Notes under the pieces: generated by a model | Databases searched by the model: none | Told to the model about the DNA's origin: nothing | The model's input: only the letters and a program-made list of their open reading frames with translations | Source of the DNA: Gynuella sp. | GTDB lineage: Bacteria; Pseudomonadota; Gammaproteobacteria; Pseudomonadales; Natronospirillaceae | Direction of reading: 5' to 3' | NCBI GenBank assembly: GCA_028282465.1 | Contig: JANQHX010000094.1 | Coordinates: 38,265 to 70,264, forward strand | Length of the DNA: 32,000 nucleotides | Part shown: positions 1 to 9,327 of the stretch, piece by piece | How positions within the stretch are numbered: position 1 is the first letter of the stretch | Layout of the letters: every line of letters starts with the position of its first letter | Translations under genes and position numbers: made by a program

Positions 1-93
1 TTACAGTCGTGCTTTTTTTTGGGACAATCGGTCACGACAGTTAACCAATTTACTTTATACTGCTTGAAGTACTAATTTCGGAGACTCCCCAAA

Positions 94-1860
94 ATGAACC
101 TGTGGTATCGATTTTTAGCCTTGATTGCGATGGCATTACTGATGACGGCTTGCGGTCGTGTGCCTGATGAAGAGGATACAGGGGGCACGGATACCGGTAC
201 AGATACGGGAACAGGAACGGGTGTAAATGATGACGGCACTGTTGGTATCGGAGATGGAACAAGGGAAGGAGTGAGTTACTTGCCTCTATCTTTTTATTTA
301 CAACACGCAGAATACTGGGAGGATGCTGCAGATTCTTTTGTAATAGACACAGATGCTGACAGCTTTTATATCTGGAACTATATGATTCAGCCCATCCATT
401 CTTTTACAAGGGAAGCCATAACCACTGCAACCATAGAAGATTACTCCATTATTGAAGATGGCGAAGAAATAGAAGCAGAAGAGCAATTTCCCACACTCAA
501 CAGAGTAGCTAGCCCACCTATTAACCTGCTTACAGCGATTATCGTCGATGGCTCGCTGAGTGTTGCTGACTCAAGTGATATTGATGTTGATGAAGCTGCC
601 CTTATAGCTGAAATTAAAGAATTCATAACGCTGGCTCAAGCCAGTGATGACCCTAGTATCGCTAATCAACAATTTGTAGTTTGGCAGGTCGGAGAGTTTA
701 TAGAAGACGACTCGTACCCCAACGAATTTTGTTGTGACGTTACTAATATGAATTATATTTCTCAAGGTGCTGTTAATTTAGCAGATAGGAACTTTACTAC
801 TGATTCTGATGTGGTTGATGATGCTTTGGATGCGGTTTCATTTGGTCATTATGACTCTAACCTTTATATGGCTGTTGTTAAAGCCATTGGCATGAGAATA
901 GAAGCGCTTGCAGGCTTCCAAGAAATTGGAGAGCTTTTTTTCTTTGATGGCAACAACGACTTATATGATTTTGTTGGAGCAGATGGCATTCAACTCGGCA
1001 ACGTTTTACTTTTTTCAAAAGGCGGTGACGTTGGTGACGTTAGCCGAGAAGATTACATAAAGGCATTAGAATCTCAGGTTACTCTTAGATATGACACCAA
1101 CCCAGTACTAGATGAAGTTGATCTAGAAGGTAGCGGCAATGAACTTAATGATGATGATGAAGAGCAGGTCGTTAGCAGTCCAGTAACACAGATTTTAAAA
1201 CCTGTAATTTACCTTACACCAGTCAGTCAGAGTAATTTTGGTGATTCGGAGCAGTTTATTGCAGACAATGCGGAAGCTGTAATTCAAATTAGTCAGACTG
1301 GAAATTATGATTTTGCTGAAGATATTATTGCTGCCCAACAGGCAGCTATCTCAGCTCGTGTAGATCAAGATTCCGTTTATATGGTGAGATCGGAGCTAGG
1401 CTTTAGAACAGGGAATCACACTCGCGAATTTACGTCTGCCTCTAGCAATGGGGGTTACAATTACACCTTAGGTGTTGAGCTAATTGAAATGAACGGTGGT
1501 ACAGTACCTTTGGCTTTTTGCTATCTAGATACAGTTCTAGAACTCATGGGCCCCAACGAAGAATACCTTTCCAATTTAACCATCAGCAGATCTGAGTTTA
1601 ATCGTGTTTACGCCCATACCCTTTGGACAAATACTGAGTATCAAGCCAATGATTACAATTGGTCAGGCACAGCCGCGTTCGTAGACAATAATGATGGCAG
1701 TATCAACCTCACCGGAAATGGAACCATCACCCTGACCAACACAAACCCTCAATTTGCCGCTGCAAGAGCTGCGTGCCCTCAGGTGGCAATTCCGAATACT
1801 AACCCGATACAGTACACGGACAGGGTTGATACCGGAATTACCTATACAATTACCGACTAA
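94..1860 (+). CDS. Acidic secreted lipoprotein of unknown function, possible von Willebrand A (vWA)-like core
   Basis: 588-codon ORF with GGAG about 10 nt upstream of the ATG. The N-terminus MNLWYRFLALIAMALLMTAC has a hydrophobic region ending in Cys (lipobox-like), followed by a TDTGTDTGTGTG linker. The protein is very Asp/Glu-rich. A hydrophobic strand followed by DGSLS (nt 547-561) resembles the DxSxS MIDAS motif of vWA domains. A hairpin terminator follows directly. Confidence 0.8.
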   Translation: MNLWYRFLALIAMALLMTACGRVPDEEDTGGTDTGTDTGTGTGVNDDGTVGIGDGTREGVSYLPLSFYLQHAEYWEDAADSFVIDTDADSFYIWNYMIQPIHSFTREAITTATIEDYSIIEDGEEIEAEEQFPTLNRVASPPINLLTAIIVDGSLSVADSSDIDVDEAALIAEIKEFITLAQASDDPSIANQQFVVWQVGEFIEDDSYPNEFCCDVTNMNYISQGAVNLADRNFTTDSDVVDDALDAVSFGHYDSNLYMAVVKAIGMRIEALAGFQEIGELFFFDGNNDLYDFVGADGIQLGNVLLFSKGGDVGDVSREDYIKALESQVTLRYDTNPVLDEVDLEGSGNELNDDDEEQVVSSPVTQILKPVIYLTPVSQSNFGDSEQFIADNAEAVIQISQTGNYDFAEDIIAAQQAAISARVDQDSVYMVRSELGFRTGNHTREFTSASSNGGYNYTLGVELIEMNGGTVPLAFCYLDTVLELMGPNEEYLSNLTISRSEFNRVYAHTLWTNTEYQANDYNWSGTAAFVDNNDGSINLTGNGTITLTNTNPQFAAARAACPQVAIPNTNPIQYTDRVDTGITYTITD

Positions 1861-1896
1861 ATAAAAAACCCGGCTTATTTGCCGGGTTCTTTATTT
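1861..1896. terminator. Bidirectional rho-independent terminator between convergent genes
   Basis: AACCCGGC (1867-1874) / GCCGGGTT (1881-1888) form an 8-bp GC-rich stem with a 6-nt loop. It is flanked by an A-run on the left and a T-rich tract on the right, so it can serve both strands. Confidence 0.8.
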
Positions 1897-2718
1897 CAAC
1901 TGAATCTTCTCAAACACAACATCAGACGGGCGGCTTTTCATTTTCACTTTACGCCATTGCTGTTCAGCCTTTTCTCGAGATGTAAATGGTCCTAAATAGA
2001 CTTGAGTTTTTTTATCTCTCAGGCGTACAAATTTTTTCACATCATCATTAAGCAATGGATAATTTAGCTGCCATTTTGCAGGCGTTTTTTGGTATTCAAT
2101 TACTACCCAATAACCTGAAATAAAAAATACATCATTTTCTTTTGATTCTTTTTCTTCTTCTGGAATTTGACCAGTAAGCTCATCCAATTTTGCTGCTAGC
2201 GGAAATTTTTTAAATTTCCAACGTATCCCAAAACCTGCGCTGCCTGTTTTATCTCCTTCAAAGAAGCCGGTTTTGTAAGATGAATAAAAATAAGATTGAA
2301 AAGGCGCTTCAACTTCTAGATTAAGTCTTACTCCTGTTTCTAGCTGGCTTTGCCACTGTTCTATATACACTTGATCTTGATATTCGAAATACCAATTCGA
2401 AAAACCAAATGTTGCAAAGGGCTCAACATCGAATGGGCCAACATCAACAAGATGAATGCCGATCCCAAATTCTGTCACTAGGTCGTCGGTAGCAACCACA
2501 CTGTCTTGAACTTGGTATTTCTTTGAGAATCGATAGCTATAGCCCGTGTAAAAGGTAAGTAGCGTTCCGATATCTTGGTTTAAGCCGATTGAAACGCCTG
2601 TAGTTTTCACTCGAGGGTCATTAAAAAACTGTGTGTGTACTCCAAGAGCATTGCACTGTTGAGAAACAAACATCAGGGCACAGGAACTCACTGCTACTGT
2701 AAACGCTACCCGCCTCAT
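1891..2718 (-). CDS. Outer-membrane beta-barrel protein with C-terminal SPOR-like (peptidoglycan-binding) domain
   Basis: 275-codon ORF with signal peptide MRRVAFTVAVSSCALMFVSQQCNA. About 150 aa show alternating aromatic/hydrophobic beta-strand pattern ending in GFGIRWKF (a terminal Phe, as in a barrel beta-signal). A charged linker (EEEKESKEND) follows. The C-terminus YWVVIEYQKT...VYLGPFTSREKAEQQWRKV matches the SPOR pattern (...V.LGPF.sr..A...). Confidence 0.7.
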   Translation of the reverse strand: MRRVAFTVAVSSCALMFVSQQCNALGVHTQFFNDPRVKTTGVSIGLNQDIGTLLTFYTGYSYRFSKKYQVQDSVVATDDLVTEFGIGIHLVDVGPFDVEPFATFGFSNWYFEYQDQVYIEQWQSQLETGVRLNLEVEAPFQSYFYSSYKTGFFEGDKTGSAGFGIRWKFKKFPLAAKLDELTGQIPEEEKESKENDVFFISGYWVVIEYQKTPAKWQLNYPLLNDDVKKFVRLRDKKTQVYLGPFTSREKAEQQWRKVKMKSRPSDVVFEKIQLK

Positions 2719-2794
2719 TTTGTCTCGCTACAATTCTGCCTAGAATTAATGGTATCGGCTAAGTTGAGCTTTTCTTGATAGCCCCTAATGTAAA

Positions 2795-5700
2795 TTAGGT
2801 TTGTTTTTGCATTCTTTGGATTTTAGTAATTCCTTTTAACCTGTGGGAGATTTCTTCAATGGTTAGAAGTACACCAGGTACTAAAAACAGGATTAATAAA
2901 GTACCAAAGGCAAGCCCAAATACGATCACCGCAGCCATTGGAATCAAAAATTGAGCGTCGAAAGAGTCCTCAAAAAGTAATGGTGTCAGCCCTGCTATAG
3001 TGGTGATTGAAGTTAGCAATACCGGGCGCAATCTCTGACAGGCGGCTTCGATAACAGCTTCAGTAATTTCCATACCCTCTGCCTTGAGACGACGATAAAA
3101 ACTAATCAATACAATGGAGTCATTGATGACGATGCCTGCTAACCCAAATAGACCGAACATGGATAACAGGGTCATGTCCAAGTCCATCACCCAAAGCCCT
3201 ATAAGCGCACCAGTAAACCCGAAAGGCACAGATACCAAAACTGCCAGTGGCCATGTCCAGCTTTCGAACACCCAAGCTAAAATTCCAAAAACTATTAAGA
3301 ACGAAATGATTGCGCCAAAGAGCATGTCGTTATAAACCTGCCGCTCCTCCCGACGATCTCCTTCAACATTAGAAATTACGCCAAACTCAGACTCAATGGA
3401 TGGCAATACCTCTTGCATCAGCTGCTCTTGAATCAAAGTGGTGCTGGCTTGGTTATCGTCAACATCAGCCGTGACGACCACCGACAACTCACCGTCCTGA
3501 CGTCTTAGGCTGTCTAATCCCCTACCGACATCCACTTGAAGTAAGCTGGCAAGAGGAAGCCAATCACCATTGCTAAGCGTAACAGGCAAACTGTTCAAAC
3601 TACTGAGCCTGTCTCTCTGCTCTTCTGGTAGCTCAATTAGAATATCAACCTCATCTCCGCCATCTTGAATAAACTGCACTTTTCGGCCATCCAACATCGC
3701 CTGTAAGTCACTGGCTAGGCCAGCCATATTCACCCCCATGGTCCTGGCTTCAGGGGTTAGCGAAAATCGCCATTGCTCTGATCCGTATGGAAGGTCATCT
3801 TTTAGGTCACTCACGCCCTGAAAATTTCTCATGGCATCCTGGACGGATAGAGAAGCAAACTTAAGCTGGTCAGTATCCTCACCTTCTAACCTCACGGTTA
3901 AATCGCTGTATGGACTGCCCCATCTGGCTCGGCCAAAGGTAATTTTTTCTACACCTGGAGGAATATCAACCTTGGCTCGCCAAAGGCTCACAAGCTGCTG
4001 ATTGGTTAAAGGTCGGTCTGTTGACGCTTCCAACTCCACCTTAACCGAGCCAGTACCAGGCCCTCTCTCCCTCTGCTCTAGCGTAACGGTGTTAATGAAA
4101 CCGTAGCCGGTTTCCCGTTCAACCTCCCGTAACTTTTGTTCCATTTCTGCAAGAAATTCAGCCACTCTTTCTTCAGTAGTGCCAACGGCGAACTCTACAT
4201 CTACCGTCATGGAGGGTCGCTCTATTGATGGCCAAAGCCTAAGATTAATATGCCCTTCATCCAACAGACCTTTTGCCAATATGAATACACAGATAAAAAC
4301 TGTAAAAAGTCCGAGACGATAGTTAAGAGCCCAGGTCAGCGCTGGTCTAAACACTTGATCGCGGAATGCATATACATAGCCGTCAACGGTTTCTCTAAAT
4401 TTGCTGGGCTGGCTTTTCTTTTTCTTCATGCTGTGAGCCAAATGACCCGGCAAAATAAAAAAGCATTCAATGAGTGACGCGATGATGGCACAAACAACTA
4501 TTTCAGGAATATCTCGCATAATAGCGCCACGAATGCCATCGATAAGAAGCAGCGGCAAAAAAGCCGCAACGGTAGTTAAACTCGAAGCCAGGACTGGAGG
4601 CCACATCCGCTTCGCCGCCATCACTGCTGCATCCGTTGCACTGTAACCTTGCTCTCGCAGAACCATGCAGTCTTCGCCGACTACAATGGCATCATCAACC
4701 ACAATTCCCAGAGCAATCATAAATCCAAACAAGCTAATGACATTGATGGTGAGATCATTTACATCCATGAAAATGAATGTCACAAAAAAGCTGATAGGAA
4801 TTCCCGCAACAACCCAGATTGCTAACCTGTGGTTAAGAAAAACAAACAGCACGACTAAAACCAGAACCATTCCGAAAAACGCATTCCAACCCACCAAACT
4901 CATCCGGGATTCAAGAAATGCCCATTGCTCATCGAACGCATAAATTTCAATGCCTTCAGGTAGTGTCGGCCTTACTTCTTCTAACCAGTCGATGTAAATC
5001 TGCGCCATGTCTAAACTGTCTTGGCCTACAGCTCGGCGCAAGTCGAATTCGATGGCTGGGTTACCCTGGTAGAATATCGCGTGATAGTCGTCTTCCAGTT
5101 TTCGCTCAATATGTGCAAGGTCGCCCAACCGCAATTGCGCACCGGTTTCCAAATCAGTTCCGATAATTAAATCAGAGTATTCATTAACGGTTCGCGCTTG
5201 CCCCTGAGCTCTGAGCTGAGTTGCAATGTCTCGATCACCGGCAACACCAGCGGGTAAGTTATTACTCTCTGTATTAATTGCTCCAGCGAGTCCATTGAGG
5301 GTGAGTCCATTATCAAGAAGATTTTCAACAGGGACTTGAATACTTACTTGTTCTGAAGGCATCCCTCTAACCCTTACTTGGGCGATCCCTTCATTCAGTA
5401 ACTCTAACCTGAGTTTTCTTGCCAAGGGGATAAGCTCCGCGATACCTACATCACCATGAATTAACAAATTCACCAAAGGTTCGTAACGAATCACTGGATT
5501 CACAGAAGGGTCATCGACACCCTCCGGTAAATTTACGACTGCAATGGCGTCTTCAATGTCTTCAACCCCCTGTTTTAGGTCTGCACCCTCCAACATGCGG
5601 ATTGAAAGATTAACGGAGCTTTCGCGACTGGTTGTAGACACTCGATCGACACCCGTTAAACCAATGATGGCATTCTCGAGTGGCACACCCAAAGCTTCTT

Positions 5701-5881
5701 GAACATCTTCGGCGCTGGCACCATCCCAGGTGGCGTTAACATTGATTCTGTCGATATCAAAGTCAGGAAAATATTGTCTATTCACATGGCTGAGTGACCA
5801 GGCACCAACGATCAAAACCAATAACATCAACCCATTAGCTGCTATGCGATGCCGAGTGAGAGTTTCAATTAAGCCACCCAT
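2795..5881 (-). CDS. RND-family efflux transporter permease (AcrB/AcrD/AcrF-like)
   Basis: 1028-codon ORF with two blocks of TM helices separated by large soluble loops. RND-typical motifs are present (ALGIVVDDAIVVGED, GLAGIVINDSIVLISF). The ATG lies 1 nt after the upstream adaptor stop (TGAcATG), indicating an operon. Confidence 0.93.
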   Translation of the reverse strand: MGGLIETLTRHRIAANGLMLLVLIVGAWSLSHVNRQYFPDFDIDRINVNATWDGASAEDVQEALGVPLENAIIGLTGVDRVSTTSRESSVNLSIRMLEGADLKQGVEDIEDAIAVVNLPEGVDDPSVNPVIRYEPLVNLLIHGDVGIAELIPLARKLRLELLNEGIAQVRVRGMPSEQVSIQVPVENLLDNGLTLNGLAGAINTESNNLPAGVAGDRDIATQLRAQGQARTVNEYSDLIIGTDLETGAQLRLGDLAHIERKLEDDYHAIFYQGNPAIEFDLRRAVGQDSLDMAQIYIDWLEEVRPTLPEGIEIYAFDEQWAFLESRMSLVGWNAFFGMVLVLVVLFVFLNHRLAIWVVAGIPISFFVTFIFMDVNDLTINVISLFGFMIALGIVVDDAIVVGEDCMVLREQGYSATDAAVMAAKRMWPPVLASSLTTVAAFLPLLLIDGIRGAIMRDIPEIVVCAIIASLIECFFILPGHLAHSMKKKKSQPSKFRETVDGYVYAFRDQVFRPALTWALNYRLGLFTVFICVFILAKGLLDEGHINLRLWPSIERPSMTVDVEFAVGTTEERVAEFLAEMEQKLREVERETGYGFINTVTLEQRERGPGTGSVKVELEASTDRPLTNQQLVSLWRAKVDIPPGVEKITFGRARWGSPYSDLTVRLEGEDTDQLKFASLSVQDAMRNFQGVSDLKDDLPYGSEQWRFSLTPEARTMGVNMAGLASDLQAMLDGRKVQFIQDGGDEVDILIELPEEQRDRLSSLNSLPVTLSNGDWLPLASLLQVDVGRGLDSLRRQDGELSVVVTADVDDNQASTTLIQEQLMQEVLPSIESEFGVISNVEGDRREERQVYNDMLFGAIISFLIVFGILAWVFESWTWPLAVLVSVPFGFTGALIGLWVMDLDMTLLSMFGLFGLAGIVINDSIVLISFYRRLKAEGMEITEAVIEAACQRLRPVLLTSITTIAGLTPLLFEDSFDAQFLIPMAAVIVFGLAFGTLLILFLVPGVLLTIEEISHRLKGITKIQRMQKQT

Positions 5882-5882
5882 G

Positions 5883-7292
5883 TCATAGCCCTCCTAACGC
5901 TCTTACCTGCAACCCTGTGGCTGCGTTGGGCAACCTTGTCACTAACACTTGTTGGCCTGAACTCAGATCATTAGAAGCCACTAGCGCCCAAGTATCCCCG
6001 TTGTTAGTTAATTGACCTTGAAGCTCCACAGGAACAGCTTTTAGCAGTCCATCTTCAATCCGGTAAATTACGCGGTTTTCGTAAAGGCTGGATGCCGGAA
6101 CTGAATAAACATCCTCTAATACCGGAAGTGCTACACGTATTTGTAAATGCTTGCCCAAGGCTTCATAAGTTTGGTTTTCAAACTTGAATCTAGCTGCAAT
6201 CACTCCGTTATTCGCCACTGAATCCAAATCCGTCATCGTAAGCTCATAGCCATTGGCTTGAGCTGTCACTCCATCGGCTTTCCATAAAGAAGATGCCCAC
6301 CGCAATGGCACTTTAGTTTCCAAACCCATTCTTGTTTCATCGAAAACCAACACCAACTCTTGATTGGCGGTAACAGACTCGCCCAGTTCCACATTTATTT
6401 GACCAATCACACCATCAAACGGAGCAATCACCTTGGCTTCGGATAATTGCCTTTCAGCTTCTTCCAGTTGAGATGCTGCTTCACGTGTTTGAGCTTCCAT
6501 CTGAGTCAAACTGTCTTCATGTTTGGCAATTGAAAATTCGCGATTCTGAACATTGAGTAATTGAGTCTGATAATTTTTAAGAGCAGTCTCATAGTCGTTA
6601 GACGAAGTCAGCTGCTGACTCGATAAATTCTCATATCGCTGCAAACTCAACTTAGCAATGCGCAACAGTTCTTTATCAATCTCTAAAGCTTTGATATCTC
6701 CTTCCTGTCGTAATTTTTCCAACCGAATACCTGCTTGTGAGTTTTCGACACGAGCTTGGAGTTGCTTAACCTGGCTTTTTAAATCCTCGGCATTTAATAC
6801 CACTAGAGTTTGCCCAGCTTGAACTCTATCACCAGCATTCACAAGCAACGACTTCACGTCTGTACTGAATGGCGCAGCTAGCCATTGCTGCTGATAACTT
6901 TTTACTTTGCCATATAAGGTTATTTCTGGGGTGTAGCTACCCGATTCCAAAGTCAGTGCCGACACCGTTGCTGCGGAAGTTTTTCCAAAGGTTCTACTGC
7001 GGTTCGAGGTTTGTTTTCCCTGTGTGTATTGCTCTTGCTGATTTGAAGTTTTGCTAGTGCCAGTGTCTGTGCTGGTATCAGTTTTTTTACTGACTTCTGC
7101 ATTTGAATCTGCTGAATCAGATTGCTGGTTGCTTCCGCTAGGCTTCGCTGATGCTTGAGCACTTGCTGGAGGCCCGCCCCAAGCATTGGCTTTAGGGGCT
7201 GTAGCAGTAATCACTTGATATAAAAAAAACGACGCCAGAATAACCAATACTGGCACTATCAGCTTTAATGATAGTTTTGAAGGCATAGACAT
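5883..7292 (-). CDS. RND efflux periplasmic adaptor (membrane fusion protein, HlyD family) with long low-complexity N-terminal spacer
   Basis: 469-codon ORF with an N-terminal anchor helix (LIVPVLVILASFFLYQVI). About 100 aa of Ser/Thr/Gln/Lys-rich low complexity follow. Next come a coiled-coil hairpin (KSQVKQLQARVENSQAGIRLEKLRQE...) and the MFP signature VIAPFDGVIGQINVELGESV. Confidence 0.9.
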   Translation of the reverse strand: MSMPSKLSLKLIVPVLVILASFFLYQVITATAPKANAWGGPPASAQASAKPSGSNQQSDSADSNAEVSKKTDTSTDTGTSKTSNQQEQYTQGKQTSNRSRTFGKTSAATVSALTLESGSYTPEITLYGKVKSYQQQWLAAPFSTDVKSLLVNAGDRVQAGQTLVVLNAEDLKSQVKQLQARVENSQAGIRLEKLRQEGDIKALEIDKELLRIAKLSLQRYENLSSQQLTSSNDYETALKNYQTQLLNVQNREFSIAKHEDSLTQMEAQTREAASQLEEAERQLSEAKVIAPFDGVIGQINVELGESVTANQELVLVFDETRMGLETKVPLRWASSLWKADGVTAQANGYELTMTDLDSVANNGVIAARFKFENQTYEALGKHLQIRVALPVLEDVYSVPASSLYENRVIYRIEDGLLKAVPVELQGQLTNNGDTWALVASNDLSSGQQVLVTRLPNAATGLQVRALGGL

Positions 7293-7531
7293 GGGGCTGG
7301 TCTCGAATCCTAATTTGGTAGAGGAAACTTACTCTTTCTGATACGGGACAAAAAGTTAATCAGAGTAAATAGACAGAAAACCTATGGGTACTGTCTGGGA
7401 CTGTCATTTTGTGCTGGATTTGGGACCGCTCATCACGTGATCTTATCTTTTTGACAATCGTTTATGCCTTGATAACTGGACTCAGGTAATCTTTTCTGTA
7501 TCCAGGATGGATTCAATCATAGGAATGAAGT

Positions 7532-9034
7532 ATGTCGTTAGCCATTGTCGCCACCCGTGCTAGGGTTGGAATTGAAGCACCAGAAGTAGTGGTTGAAGTG
7601 CACTTGTCTAATGGTTTGCCAGGCCTTTCGATGGTCGGGCTACCTGAAACGGCAGTCAAAGAAGCTAAAGACAGAGTTCGATCTGCCATCATTAACTCTC
7701 ACTTTGAATTTCCGCAAAAAAAAATCACAATTAATTTGGCACCAGCAGATTTACCCAAGGAAGGCGGTAGATTTGATTTAGCAATCGCCATAGGTATTTT
7801 AGCTGCATCTGGACAAATCCCAGCCAATGTTTTGAAAGAGTTTGAGTTCTTGGGTGAATTAGCACTCACTGGCGAAATCAGAGCCATAAACGGAGTACTA
7901 CCTGCCAGTATCAAATGCTCTGAGTCGTCCCGACAACTTCTTGTTCCCATCCAAAATGCAGATGAAGCCTGTTTGTGTAAGCAAGCCCAAGTCATTCCCA
8001 TTCGACATTTATTGGATGCTTGTGCGCACTTAACTGGGCAAGATCCATTGCCATTTCATCATCAAGAACACACCCAACCTATTAGTAATTTAAATCATCC
8101 AGATCTCAAAGATGTTAAAGGCCAAGCCAGTGCGAAAAGAGCGCTAGAGGTTGCGGCAGCCGGTAAACATAACCTTCTCTATTACGGGCCACCAGGTACC
8201 GGCAAAACTCTGCTAGCGAGCAGATTACCAGGTATATTGCCCAATATGACTGAAAAAGAGATGCTGGAGGTCGCTTCTGTTCATTCCATCGCGGGAGTGA
8301 AGCAGCATACTTGGTATCAACGGCCATTTCGCGCCCCACACCACACCTCTTCAGGTGTAGCCTTGGTCGGAGGCGGATCAAGTCCAAGGCCAGGGGAAAT
8401 AACCCTTGCGCACAATGGAGTGCTATTTTTGGACGAGCTTCCAGAATTTCCAAGATCAGTTTTAGATGTACTAAGAGAGCCAATGGAATCTGGAGAGATT
8501 GTCATCTCAAGAGCAGCAAGGCAGCTCACTTTCCCAGCTCGCTTTCAGTTAATTGCTGCGATGAATCCCAGTCCCGGTGGTTACAGTGCCACTGATTCAA
8601 GAAGTGCTGGCTACACTCAAGATCAAATTAAAAAATACCTATCCAGAATCAGTGGCCCATTTTTAGATCGCATGGATATGTATGTTGAAGTGGCACCGGT
8701 ACCCACCGAATTACTTGGCAAACCGAGCCAAGAAGAAACCAGTTCAGCTGTGAGAGAACGTGTTACTAAGGCTTTTGAGATTCAACTATTAAGACAAGAA
8801 AAATCTAATTCAGAACTATTGCCTGCAGAAATAGATACATTGTGTGAATTAAACAGTGAAGACAGAAATTTATTAGATAAGTCCATTCAAAGACTCGGCT
8901 TATCGGCGAGATCCTATCATCGAATACTCAAGGTAAGCCGCACGCTTGCGGATTTAGAGTCAGAACCAAAGATACAAAGAAAGCACATTACTGAAGCATT
9001 GGGTTATAGACAATTAGATAAGTTGTTAGGATGA
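7532..9034 (+). CDS. comM: Mg-chelatase-like AAA+ ATPase ComM/YifB
   Basis: 500-codon ORF with an N-terminal Lon-protease-like domain (DLPKEGGRFDLAIAIGILAASGQIP). It has Walker A YYGPPGTGKT and Walker B VLFLDELPEF. The C-terminal region is collinear with the YifB/ComM family. Confidence 0.92.
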   Translation: MSLAIVATRARVGIEAPEVVVEVHLSNGLPGLSMVGLPETAVKEAKDRVRSAIINSHFEFPQKKITINLAPADLPKEGGRFDLAIAIGILAASGQIPANVLKEFEFLGELALTGEIRAINGVLPASIKCSESSRQLLVPIQNADEACLCKQAQVIPIRHLLDACAHLTGQDPLPFHHQEHTQPISNLNHPDLKDVKGQASAKRALEVAAAGKHNLLYYGPPGTGKTLLASRLPGILPNMTEKEMLEVASVHSIAGVKQHTWYQRPFRAPHHTSSGVALVGGGSSPRPGEITLAHNGVLFLDELPEFPRSVLDVLREPMESGEIVISRAARQLTFPARFQLIAAMNPSPGGYSATDSRSAGYTQDQIKKYLSRISGPFLDRMDMYVEVAPVPTELLGKPSQEETSSAVRERVTKAFEIQLLRQEKSNSELLPAEIDTLCELNSEDRNLLDKSIQRLGLSARSYHRILKVSRTLADLESEPKIQRKHITEALGYRQLDKLLG

Positions 9035-9327
9035 AGATATAACAGGAATAACAGCCAATTTATTGCGTGTTTTTTCTTACAGAAATCTTTAGTTTTTACC
9101 TGAACTCACATAGAAACTTTATGTAAGCCCTTACAACTTGAGATTTTTATCTGACCAAACAGGTTAAATAGTTTCGTTATTTGTCATTTATTTGCCAATT
9201 AACGACACCGCTTTAGGACTATATAAAAAATCGTTATAGTTTTTTTGTAGAGGACTAATGAACCTAGAATATTTTCCCTGTAAAGTTTAATAATTAAAAT
9301 AAATTAAGAAAATAAATAGTCACCATT

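Noticed and set aside
160-230. The ACGGATACCGGTACAGATACGGGAACAGGAACGGGT low-complexity DNA as a microsatellite or phase-variation tract
   Set aside because: The nucleotide repeat is imperfect. It simply encodes a short Thr/Asp/Gly linker after the lipoprotein Cys. There is no homopolymer or perfect tandem tract that would slip.
3114-5166. Plus-strand ORFs 3114-3335, 4250-4477, 4665-4943 and 4918-5166
   Set aside because: All are embedded antisense in the 1028-aa RND permease gene, which has strong family motifs. They have no RBS and no recognisable sequence.
1891-5881. The barrel protein at 1891-2718 as the missing outer-membrane factor of the RND pump
   Set aside because: At 275 aa, with a small barrel plus a SPOR-like tail, it does not resemble TolC/OprM (about 450-500 aa with long alpha-helical barrels). 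It is separated from the permease by a 76-bp gap that probably holds its own promoter.
7593-8595. Short ORFs inside or antisense to comM (7593-7781, 7699-8001, 8115-8483, 8311-8595, 8317-8529)
   Set aside because: They overlap a well-supported AAA+ gene in other frames. Their composition is typical of off-frame translation.
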